Shown: in pieces, positions 39,551 through 51,087 of the stretch
How positions within the stretch are numbered: position 1 is the first letter of the stretch
Layout: the number at the start of each line of letters is the position of its first letter
Source of the DNA: Bdellovibrionales bacterium
Lineage (GTDB): Bacteria > Bdellovibrionota > Bdellovibrionia > Bdellovibrionales > DASUEL01
NCBI GenBank assembly: GCA_050250255.1
Contig: JBFWOZ010000002.1
Span: 32,001 to 96,000 of the forward strand
Direction: 5' to 3'
Length of the DNA: 64,000 bases
Notes under the pieces: generated by a model
What the model was told of the DNA's origin: nothing
Databases searched by the model: none
Seen by the model: only the letters and a program-made list of their open reading frames with translations
Made by a program: the position numbers and the translations under genes

Positions 39551-40729
39551 CTAGCCTTCGTTTGACGCCGTGGCAATGGATGATTTTTGGTAGACCCGGT
39601 ACACTTTGTTGTGCTTCCCACCCATCGCTTTTGAAAGTTCATTCATGGGACCATTGTTCGCTAAAACCCAAGAAATTTCTGCTTTTCTATAACCTACGGC
39701 ATCTCCCATTTCAAACATAGCCGCAGTCAATGCGCTCCCTACACCCAACCCGTGGTGTTCGCGCAACACTCCCAGTGCATATCCGCGCACATTTTTAAGA
39801 AGACTTTTTTTGCGTAAAAAATTCCATATGAGTTGTGGGGTGATTTTCCCCTTCGAGGATTTAATGACGGGATTGAAGTTCGGGAGCATGATGAGACTTC
39901 CGATCGCCTTTCCGTCTTTCTCGGCAATCGCAACAACCCTGTGGTCGATAAAAAGGCGGAAGAGGGTGTACATCTCTTTCACCTGCTCATCCACAAACTC
40001 TTCAAATCCCCAGTTCTGAGAAAGTGCATCGTTAAAAATTTTTACGATGGATCGTACATCTTCTTTCATGCGCTTGGGATTAACCGCACGAATTGTAACT
40101 CCGGCATCGGCAGCTCTTTTTGCGTTTGTAGGGATGGGTTCATCAAGAGAGCCTTTATTTTCTACTTCGTACGTAAAAAGATCCATCGCCAACTCAAGAC
40201 CTGCCCGCTTCAGGAGCTGATCATAATAGGGCGGGTTATAGGGCATGAGAAAATAAGGGTCACGATCGTAACCTTCGACAAGAACCCCGATGTAGGGATC
40301 TTCCATACGAAAGTGAAAAGGGCCCATCATCTGCAGCTCTGGATACAAACTGTGGGCATGTTCTACAAGAGCTTTCACTGCTGCGTTTTTTCCTTCGAGG
40401 GCTTCAAAAAATCCAAAGTTGAGGGTTTGTTTTTTCCCGTGCCTATGCACCTTCACACCTAAGCGTGCAACAACCTCACCGTTTTCCCGTGCCAGGAGAA
40501 GGTGTTTATTCTTAGAGCCGAGCCTACCAATCATCATCTTCATGTGGAGATTAAGAGGCGTGACATATCGGGTTTGCGGATCCGTGTAGATTTTTTGAGG
40601 CAGCTGAAGGAATTTTTTAAAATCGCTGCCGTTTTTTACTTCGTGAATCTCGATGAAAGAACCGTTGGCCGTTGGTCGTTGCGACACTGAAGGTTTCTTG
40701 AGATCTGAGGTCGTATTTTCAAAATTCAC
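39551..40729 (-). CDS. GNAT-fold N-acyltransferase, bacterial ceramide synthase (bCerS)-like
   Basis: FGFFE, MPYNPPYY, FNDALSQNWGF, LPNFN, LGV....GLG, EISWVLANNGPM, KVYRVY; adjacent to spt. Confidence 0.72.
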   Translation of the reverse strand: MNFENTTSDLKKPSVSQRPTANGSFIEIHEVKNGSDFKKFLQLPQKIYTDPQTRYVTPLNLHMKMMIGRLGSKNKHLLLARENGEVVARLGVKVHRHGKKQTLNFGFFEALEGKNAAVKALVEHAHSLYPELQMMGPFHFRMEDPYIGVLVEGYDRDPYFLMPYNPPYYDQLLKRAGLELAMDLFTYEVENKGSLDEPIPTNAKRAADAGVTIRAVNPKRMKEDVRSIVKIFNDALSQNWGFEEFVDEQVKEMYTLFRLFIDHRVVAIAEKDGKAIGSLIMLPNFNPVIKSSKGKITPQLIWNFLRKKSLLKNVRGYALGVLREHHGLGVGSALTAAMFEMGDAVGYRKAEISWVLANNGPMNELSKAMGGKHNKVYRVYQKSSIATASNEG

Positions 40730-40741
40730 AAACCACTTCCT

Positions 40742-41347
40742 TTAGGTTATGAGGCTAATTTTAATTTCACCGAGGGCGGGCAATACGTAACCTATTTTAG
40801 TGACCTGCCCAGATCGCTCGTCCACCCATACTTCGACTTCGCGCCAGAGTCTGTTCTCCTCTGAGGCCTGCGAAAGCTTTGAAAAAAGTAACTCTCTGCT
40901 TCCTTCGACGGGTATTGTTTTTTGATTGTTTTTAGCAAGAGATAGGTAAGCTTCAGAGGTTTTTTTTCCATCAAAAAATAGAGTATGAACAGATTCTTCC
41001 TTCAAAGAGGGAAGGGCGGATTGTAATGCAAAAAGCGTTGAAGCGTAATCAATGGTTCCTGACGGAATTTCCATCGACGTCACATCCTGATCTTTCCCCA
41101 TGAGACGTAATTTTCTATTGTACTGACTTAATTGGGGAGACTCCCCTTTTGTCCAAACGGCCTGGGTCTCCACTTCAAGAGGAACGATAAATCCCCCCAG
41201 CGCCTTAAGAGTGGCTGACCCTCTAACTTCAATGGTGTTTTGATGATGTCGAAGGGTGAGCTGAAGCGTTCCTTTTGCCAGAGGAGTAACAACCGCGTAC
41301 TGTAGCGTATGACTGCCGATATCCTGTGGAAGAGAAAGGACTGCCAT
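40742..41347 (-). CDS. Hypothetical beta-rich protein
   Basis: 201-aa ORF starting 2 nt after the atpC stop and ending 12 nt before the GNAT gene. Confidence 0.7.
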   Translation of the reverse strand: MAVLSLPQDIGSHTLQYAVVTPLAKGTLQLTLRHHQNTIEVRGSATLKALGGFIVPLEVETQAVWTKGESPQLSQYNRKLRLMGKDQDVTSMEIPSGTIDYASTLFALQSALPSLKEESVHTLFFDGKKTSEAYLSLAKNNQKTIPVEGSRELLFSKLSQASEENRLWREVEVWVDERSGQVTKIGYVLPALGEIKISLIT

Positions 41348-41349
41348 CC

Positions 41350-41763
41350 TTAGTTTGTGTACTCTTTCACGAGTTGCAATCTCGCCTGAGCGCGCGCTAA
41401 TTTGTTACCATATTTTTGAATATCTTTTGGCTCAATGTCGGTGCGAGAAAGGTTCTCAAGAGCTTTTTTCTCAGAGCTTGTAGCACGATCTCGTTCAACT
41501 TCCTCTGGTGTCTCAGCCGTTTCGGCAAGAACATTCACAACGTTGTTAGAAACTTCGCAATAGCCCCAAGAAATCGCAGCCGCTAAAAGCTTCGATGAGC
41601 CCTTGAGTCTGTATTTTAAAATTCCCGTCGAAAGTGTTGTGACCAACGGTGCGTGGCCATCAAGGATGTTTAGTTCACCCACGTAGGCTGGCACAAAAAC
41701 TTCTTCGACCTCAACGTCGGTGACAATTTTTTTCATTGGCGTAACAACACTTAATCGCAACAT
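41350..41763 (-). CDS. atpC: ATP synthase epsilon subunit
   Basis: LSVVTP, GELNILDGHAPL, VLAETA. Confidence 0.97.
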   Translation of the reverse strand: MLRLSVVTPMKKIVTDVEVEEVFVPAYVGELNILDGHAPLVTTLSTGILKYRLKGSSKLLAAAISWGYCEVSNNVVNVLAETAETPEEVERDRATSSEKKALENLSRTDIEPKDIQKYGNKLARAQARLQLVKEYTN

Positions 41764-43212
<1,449 letters not shown>

Positions 43213-43215
43213 CTA

Positions 43216-44094
43216 TCAACCGTTGAGTGCTTCCGCACCGCTGGTGATCTCGATCAATTCAGTTGTAATTGCAGCTTGTCTAATTTTGTTCAATGTCAGT
43301 GTCAGATTACGAATCGCTTCGCCGGCGTTCTTCGTCGCGTTTTCCATCGCGTTCATGCGCGCACCATGCTCGGACGCAATACTCTCTTGCATGCAGCGGT
43401 AAACTTGAACCGCGAAATGCTTCTCTAAAAGTTGATCCAAAATCACTTCTGGAGATGGCTCAAAAATAATTCCCGGAGTGTTTTCCGTGTCCACATTTTG
43501 TTCTGCAGTCACTTCCGCCGCCACAGGAAGAAGCGTTTCTTTCACCACGATTTGAGCAATTGCCGATTTGAATTCGTTATAAACGATTTGTACTTCGTCA
43601 TAAGCGCCCGTGCCGTACCACTCAAGAACGCGTGCGGTGAGCGCTTGGGCCATTCCGTAACGAATATCTTTTACGAGGTTTGTCACCACTTCGAGAGGCT
43701 CAACACTTCGTTTTCTAAAAAAATCACCTGCGCGACGACCGATGCAATAAACATCCACCTTCGAATATTTGGTTTTATTTTCTTTGTAGTAACGATCCGC
43801 AGCCTTAAGTACGCTGGAGTTAAATCCACCGCAAAGCCCTCGGTCGCTCGTCAAAACAATCATCAAAACACTTGATGGGTTTTCTTTTTGAATCAGAAAT
43901 GGGTGCGAGATGTTTTTAGAACTCGCAATTTTTGAAATCACCGAGCGCAAACGATAAGCGTAGGGACGAGAATTCACAATCGCATGCTGCGCCTTGCGAA
44001 GCTTCGCCGCCGAAACCATCTTCATGGCTTTGGTCGTTTGCTGAGTGTTCTTCACACTCGCAATTCTGTTTCTCAGGTCCTTCGTATTTGCCAT
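43216..44094 (-). CDS. atpG: ATP synthase gamma subunit
   Basis: TKAMKMVSAAK, SDRGLCGGFN, RQAAITTEL. Confidence 0.99.
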   Translation of the reverse strand: MANTKDLRNRIASVKNTQQTTKAMKMVSAAKLRKAQHAIVNSRPYAYRLRSVISKIASSKNISHPFLIQKENPSSVLMIVLTSDRGLCGGFNSSVLKAADRYYKENKTKYSKVDVYCIGRRAGDFFRKRSVEPLEVVTNLVKDIRYGMAQALTARVLEWYGTGAYDEVQIVYNEFKSAIAQIVVKETLLPVAAEVTAEQNVDTENTPGIIFEPSPEVILDQLLEKHFAVQVYRCMQESIASEHGARMNAMENATKNAGEAIRNLTLTLNKIRQAAITTELIEITSGAEALNG

Positions 44095-44098
44095 TTAA

Positions 44099-46224
<2,126 letters not shown>

Positions 46225-46244
46225 TTTCTCCGTCTCCCGCTTCT

Positions 46245-46814
46245 CTAGCTTTCAAGAACGCGAATTTTTTCAGCAAATTCTTTTTGAAGCCTTTTTTGAT
46301 CGACCTCTTTAATTTGTGATTGAATTTTTTCACGCGCCTGTTGAATCGAGTTTGCAATGACCTCAGAGCGAAGCGCTTGAACCGCTCGGTAAGCCTCCGC
46401 ACTGATTGTTTTTGTCGCTTCTGATTTCATTTTTTCTGCTTGTTCACGGGACTCTTCGATCAGCTTCGCCTGCAGCACAACCGCATCTTTTTTCGATTTC
46501 TCGAAAGATTCATTCGCGGTTGATTGAAGTCGATGAAGTCGCTCTTTTAGATCTTGTCTTTGTTTTTCTGCCTGAATCTTTAGAGCTTCCATTTCGCGAA
46601 CTGTTTTAAAATACTCGTCGCGTCGCGCCTGAAAGTGAGCCTTCACTTTGGGGACCACAATATATCCCAAAATAAGGAGAAGTATTCCAAGATTCAAAGC
46701 CTGGAAAAGCACTACGCGAGGAACTTCTGTGGGAACAGGCGCATGCTGCCCGCCGCCCGCAGCGAAAACAACTTCTGAAAAAAGAAGCGCGAACAAAGAG
46801 AGAGGTGATCTCAT
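46245..46814 (-). CDS. atpF: ATP synthase F0 subunit b
   Basis: TM segment (QALNLGILLLIL) followed by a long coiled coil; operon position. Confidence 0.9.
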   Translation of the reverse strand: MRSPLSLFALLFSEVVFAAGGGQHAPVPTEVPRVVLFQALNLGILLLILGYIVVPKVKAHFQARRDEYFKTVREMEALKIQAEKQRQDLKERLHRLQSTANESFEKSKKDAVVLQAKLIEESREQAEKMKSEATKTISAEAYRAVQALRSEVIANSIQQAREKIQSQIKEVDQKRLQKEFAEKIRVLES

Positions 46815-47269
46815 TTCATAGCCTCTTTTCCGATAAGCTTTTCTGTGATCGCAGAACCGATTTCTGTCACTTCTGATTTCAACATTTGTTTTGCGGTGGA
46901 AATTTCTTTTTCAAGACTTTGTCGAGCGCTTTTTAAAGTGTCTGCAGACTGTTCACGAGCTTGAGATAAAATTTGATTTTGTTGTGCTTGTGCCGTTTGT
47001 CTTGCTTGATCAAAAACAAGTTTAATTTGATCATTTACTTTGCGTGCTTCTATCTCATACTGCCCTTGCAACTGAGCGGTATCCGCAACAAGTTGATCTG
47101 TTTCTCCCTTGCTGCCGACAGTTCTTTTTTCACGCTCTTCATAGGCGTTGTAGTAAGGCTTGAAAACAATCCAGTTAAGAATTGCGAAAGTAAAAAGAAA
47201 AATCGCGAGCTGCGTCCAGAGAGTAGGGTTGATCCCCAACGAAAGAATAAGTCCGTTGATTGTTTCCAT
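46811..47269 (-). CDS. atpF: ATP synthase F0 subunit b'
   Basis: LGINPTLWTQLAIF...LNWIVFKP...EERE plus coiled coil. Confidence 0.9.
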   Translation of the reverse strand: METINGLILSLGINPTLWTQLAIFLFTFAILNWIVFKPYYNAYEEREKRTVGSKGETDQLVADTAQLQGQYEIEARKVNDQIKLVFDQARQTAQAQQNQILSQAREQSADTLKSARQSLEKEISTAKQMLKSEVTEIGSAITEKLIGKEAMK

Positions 47270-47352
47270 TTAATTGAATTTCCTTGCTTTTCGGCTCGAA
47301 GAGGTAGCATTCCGCCTCAAGAACCGTCAAGGATAAATAGACTCGGAAATCA

Positions 47353-47410
47353 TTCATAAAAGGTGCGCGGAAGCGACGACCAAGCAACGTCACAAACACT
47401 TTTTTATGGA
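47353..47410. repeat. Imperfect inverted repeat between bactofilin and the atp genes
   Basis: TTCATAAAAGGTG ... CACTTTTTTATGGA; the core resembles part of the hemW insert. Confidence 0.4.
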
Positions 47411-47414
47411 GGCT

Positions 47415-47816
47415 TTAGCCAACAGGCATTTGGGAGGCGCCTTCAAAGACCACCCCCTCGTCAATTTGGAGTCGTGGAGTCGTCACGGTGCCTTTTAAAA
47501 TAGCAGGAGGGTGCATCACAATTCCACGGCGGGCAAAAACGTTTCCCTTCACCGTGCCGCTAATAATAACGAGGCCGGCTTCAATTTGGGCTTCCACTTC
47601 GGCGCCTTCATCAATCACAAGCGTGTCCTGGGTGAAAATTTCGCCTTTAAATCGTCCACCGATTCGTACGGTTCCCTCAAAGGTCAAAAGCCCCTCAAAG
47701 GAAGCTCCTTGATCTAAAAGTGCGGTAATTTGCTCGCCAACCTGCTTTGTAGACTCATAGGACTCGAGAGAGTCCTGAGCGCGGTTCGGCTGGGTTTTAG
47801 GCTCAACTTCTTTCAT
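47415..47816 (-). CDS. Bactofilin (polymer-forming cytoskeletal protein)
   Basis: FEGLLTFEGTVRIGGRFKGEI...VIISGTVKGNV...LQIDEGVVFEG beta-helix pattern. Confidence 0.93.
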   Translation of the reverse strand: MKEVEPKTQPNRAQDSLESYESTKQVGEQITALLDQGASFEGLLTFEGTVRIGGRFKGEIFTQDTLVIDEGAEVEAQIEAGLVIISGTVKGNVFARRGIVMHPPAILKGTVTTPRLQIDEGVVFEGASQMPVG

Positions 47817-47821
47817 AGAAA

Positions 47822-48775
47822 CTAGATCCTTTTTAACTTCTCAACGATTTTATTTAATTCTTGATCGCTGTAGAAGTGGAGCACTAGCTTTCCACGTTTG
47901 TCTTTGTAGTCAATGCTCACCTTCGTGCCCAAGGTTTTTTGTAGGCCCTCGGTGATGCGAGCGATCAGCTGCGCCTCGGGATAAGAGCCGTTACCCTCGC
48001 TGACACTCACCTGTGGTGGGCTTAGCTTTTGAGCAACAAGTTTTTCTGTTGCGCGCACGCTCAGCTTTTTTTCCACCACTTCTTTTGCTAAAGAAATCTG
48101 GTCGCTGGCGCTTGGCAGAGAAAGAAGAACCTTTGCGTGCCCAAGGCTAATCGCTGCCGTCTTCAGCATTTCTTTCACCTCAGACGTGAGCTCGAGAAGG
48201 CGGAGGCTGTTCGCTACTGTCGTGCGATCCTTCCCCACCTTTTGCCCAATTTCACTTTGGGTCATCTTGAAGTCTTGGGCCAATCGTTGGTAGGCTTCGG
48301 CTTCCTCGAGGGGGCCCAAATCTGCGCGCTGAATATTTTCAATCAGCGCCATCTCGAGAGTGTTTTTGTCGTCGGAGGCCTTAATCAAGACAGGCACCTC
48401 ACTGAGGCCTGCAAGCTGAGCAGCTCTCCAGCGCCTTTCGCCGGCGACAATTTCGTAACGACCTTTTTCGCTTGTGGGTCGTACGAGTATCGGTTGCAAA
48501 ATCCCGCGTTCTTTAATGGAGGCCGCAAGCTCTCTCAGTTTTTCTGCATCAAACTGGCGCCGCGGTTGCTTGGGATTTCCCTTAATAAGGGACACATCCA
48601 AATTCTGAACTCTGATTCCTTCAGGCCCAGGGATGGTCTGCTCGACATAGTTTTTCGTGGTCACTTCACTATTGTTATTTGCTGAGATCGGCCCCATCGC
48701 ATTGTCACCGAGAAGGCTTCCAAGGCCTCGGCCCAATCGACCTTTTTTCGAGAGATTTACTTCATAGCTCGACAT
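47822..48775 (-). CDS. parB: Chromosome partitioning CTPase ParB
   Basis: LGRGL ParA-interaction motif, QPR, GERRWRA, ENIQR, HTH, LSVR. Confidence 0.98.
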   Translation of the reverse strand: MSSYEVNLSKKGRLGRGLGSLLGDNAMGPISANNNSEVTTKNYVEQTIPGPEGIRVQNLDVSLIKGNPKQPRRQFDAEKLRELAASIKERGILQPILVRPTSEKGRYEIVAGERRWRAAQLAGLSEVPVLIKASDDKNTLEMALIENIQRADLGPLEEAEAYQRLAQDFKMTQSEIGQKVGKDRTTVANSLRLLELTSEVKEMLKTAAISLGHAKVLLSLPSASDQISLAKEVVEKKLSVRATEKLVAQKLSPPQVSVSEGNGSYPEAQLIARITEGLQKTLGTKVSIDYKDKRGKLVLHFYSDQELNKIVEKLKRI

Positions 48776-49634
48776 GTGTAGCTCCATCTCCCGTCGGTAT
48801 TACAACAGACGAGGCGCGTGCGGAAACTGTCGGGATGGACATCGCTTCTGCCGTCTGACTTCCAAAAACTCTCTGATCTAATTCTTTTGCTAGGCCCCTA
48901 TAACGCAACGAGCCAGTGGACTTGGAATCATATTCTAAAATAGATTGACCGTGACTTGGAGCCTCACTCAATCGGACATTACGAGGAATAATCGAATTGA
49001 AAACCTTGTCTCCAAAATGTGTTCGTATTTCTGACATCACTTGGTGGCTTAGATTATTTCGGCCATCGAACATTGTAAGGACAATACCTTCAATTTTTAA
49101 ATTTGGATTCTGTCCTTTTTTAATAATGCCCGCAGTGTTGAGAAGCTGACTCAAGCCTTCAAGCGCATAGTACTCACATTGAAGAGGAACAATAAAACTG
49201 TCGGCCGCAACGAGAGAGTTTAGCGTCAGTAAGCCGAGTGAGGGAGGACAATCAATTATTATATAGTCAAATTTGTGTTTTGATTCTTTGAGTGCTTCTT
49301 TGAGTTTAAAAGCACGATTTTCGGCGCCAACCAATTCAATCTCTGCCCCTACAAGATCCGGAGTAGCCACAATCAGCTTCAGGTTTTTCACTTGGGTATT
49401 CGAAACGACTTCGTCTACAGACTTTAGTCCTACCAACATTTCGTAAGTGTTCTTTTCTTGATACTCGTGAGACTTCATGCCTAATCCACTCGATGCATTT
49501 CCTTGTGGATCCATGTCTATGAGAAGAACCTGCCTACCCAATTCTGCCAATGAAGCTGATAAATTAATAGAAGTGGTGGTTTTTCCTACTCCACCCTTTT
49601 GATTCGCTATGCAAATCACTCTTGCTTGCATCAT
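48762..49634 (-). CDS. parA: Chromosome partitioning ATPase ParA/Soj
   Basis: NQKGGVGKTT, DMDPQGN, IDCPPSLG, EAPSHG. Confidence 0.98.
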   Translation of the reverse strand: MMQARVICIANQKGGVGKTTTSINLSASLAELGRQVLLIDMDPQGNASSGLGMKSHEYQEKNTYEMLVGLKSVDEVVSNTQVKNLKLIVATPDLVGAEIELVGAENRAFKLKEALKESKHKFDYIIIDCPPSLGLLTLNSLVAADSFIVPLQCEYYALEGLSQLLNTAGIIKKGQNPNLKIEGIVLTMFDGRNNLSHQVMSEIRTHFGDKVFNSIIPRNVRLSEAPSHGQSILEYDSKSTGSLRYRGLAKELDQRVFGSQTAEAMSIPTVSARASSVVIPTGDGATHVEL

Positions 49635-49804
49635 CTACCCCCTATTTTGTCAGACTTTCCAGTTCCATCTAGTCAGAATGTCTATGCGGAATAGCCGCAT
49701 GTCTTATTTTGACTACTTTCAATTGTGATTTGCAAAGTAAATGTACTTTTTTTTGACGAAAACTGAATATCCTGGACCTTTTTTTAACTGTTTTTGGTGA
49801 TTTG

Positions 49805-49820
49805 TGTTCCACGTGGAACC
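49805..49820. promoter_or_regulatory. parS centromere site
   Basis: TGTTCCACGTGGAACC, 15/16 match to the palindrome TGTTCCACGTGGAACA. Confidence 0.92.
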
Positions 49821-49821
49821 T

Positions 49822-49848
49822 TTTAGACCTATTCAAACCTGCCGATAA
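49822..49848 (+). promoter_or_regulatory. Putative sigma28 (FliA) promoter, leaderless
   Basis: TTTA-15 nt-GCCGATAA (perfect -10), 7 nt before ATG 49856. Confidence 0.65.
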
Positions 49849-49855
49849 GTAGTCT

Positions 49856-50359
49856 ATGAGACGTGTATTGATAGTCATGATCGCTTTTTTTGCTATTTCT
49901 GCCTGTAAAAGGCCAATTGCAGAGCCTGAAACGATAGATCCTATCTATCGCGCACTCAAAAGCGACCTCGATGTATTCAAAAAAGAAGAGGACAACGCTG
50001 CAAATGATGTGAAGGCTGCAAAAAAAGAAATTGCTCTCGCGGCTCCACAGACAGGTGAATACAAGGTGCGTCTGGCGCAGTTTTTTGATGCAGAAAAGAA
50101 ATTGGCGGAGTTAAAGCAAAAGAGACGCTTTCTCGAGATACATCTTCAAACTCGCAAAGGTTTTGCTCGAAAATCCTATGAAAAAGCATTCGAGAAGGAC
50201 ATTCCATGGCCAGACCCCGAAGAATATCGGCTTTACCAAGCAAATCGGAAGCTCGCGAATGATCCCCGAAGCTGGGATGAGCGATTAAGAATATACTTTC
50301 AATCACGCGCCCCGGCCGCGAAAAAAGAAGATAAGAAGTCCGCGGGCGGCGGACACTAA
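49856..50359 (+). CDS. Hypothetical lipoprotein with coiled coil
   Basis: MRRVLIVMIAFFAISA-C lipobox; WPDPEEY motif; oriented against its neighbours. Confidence 0.85.
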   Translation: MRRVLIVMIAFFAISACKRPIAEPETIDPIYRALKSDLDVFKKEEDNAANDVKAAKKEIALAAPQTGEYKVRLAQFFDAEKKLAELKQKRRFLEIHLQTRKGFARKSYEKAFEKDIPWPDPEEYRLYQANRKLANDPRSWDERLRIYFQSRAPAAKKEDKKSAGGGH

Positions 50360-50433
50360 TCACTTACAAAGTCATACTGAGTAAAGCGAAGGAGGGCGCG
50401 CCTGCTTCAGACACTCTCACCAGGGGCTACGTG

Positions 50434-51087
50434 TCAGTTAAGAATACTTTTTACGATTGTATGATGAATCTTAGATTCTGGCAGTTCATAGTCTGCCACA
50501 TGGACAGTGTTCCACGTGGAACATAGCTGCTGAGGCAGGGCAACTACTTCAGTGCTCCACTCGGGGCCTTTAAGGTGAAAGAGACTCGCCTTTGCGTTGC
50601 AAGAGCGCCGTAAAGTTAATAACGTTTTTTGAATGCTAGCGAAGCCTCGCGTCATACCAAAGTCAATTCGATCTGCACCCATAGACTCTGCGCGCTTCAC
50701 TAATACTTGAGCATTTTTAAGTTCAAGCGCATTAATGCAGTGTTTCATAAACTCTGCCTTGCGAGAGTCCGCCTCTACAAGTTTAAATATTTTTTCGGGC
50801 GCTAAAAGGCTGGCAACTATGCCTGGGAAGCCATTTCCACTGCCTATATCGTATACAGAGCTCCCCGCGATCATGGGCTCAATGACTCGCCATCCCATAA
50901 TTGAGTCCGCAATGTGCACCTGGTCTATTTTATCGACTGTTGAGATAGAAATAACGGACGTGGTTTTGTTAAAACGAAGCAGTTCCTCGCGAAACTTAAG
51001 GATGGCCTCAAGTGTACTTTTATCTAGGTCTGGAAACCAGAGTCCGAGTTTTTCTGTGATAACATTTTTTTTCGCAACAGCTTCCAA
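50434..51087 (-). CDS. rsmG: 16S rRNA m7G527 methyltransferase
   Basis: HIADS, YDIGSGNGFPG, VEADSRK. Confidence 0.95.
   Translation of the reverse strand: MEAVAKKNVITEKLGLWFPDLDKSTLEAILKFREELLRFNKTTSVISISTVDKIDQVHIADSIMGWRVIEPMIAGSSVYDIGSGNGFPGIVASLLAPEKIFKLVEADSRKAEFMKHCINALELKNAQVLVKRAESMGADRIDFGMTRGFASIQKTLLTLRRSCNAKASLFHLKGPEWSTEVVALPQQLCSTWNTVHVADYELPESKIHHTIVKSILN
50508..50523. promoter_or_regulatory. parS centromere site inside rsmG
   Basis: Perfect palindrome TGTTCCACGTGGAACA; reads as CSTWNT in RsmG. Confidence 0.95.

Noticed and set aside
39833..40462. 209-aa plus-strand ORF
   Set aside because: Antisense to the GNAT gene; shadow ORF.
48137..48685. 182-aa plus-strand ORF
   Set aside because: Antisense to parB; shadow ORF.
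51024..51087. 64-bp overlap of mnmG and rsmG, giving MnmG a short extra tail
   Set aside because: Most simply a shifted stop codon; both genes are intact and no frameshift signal is evident.
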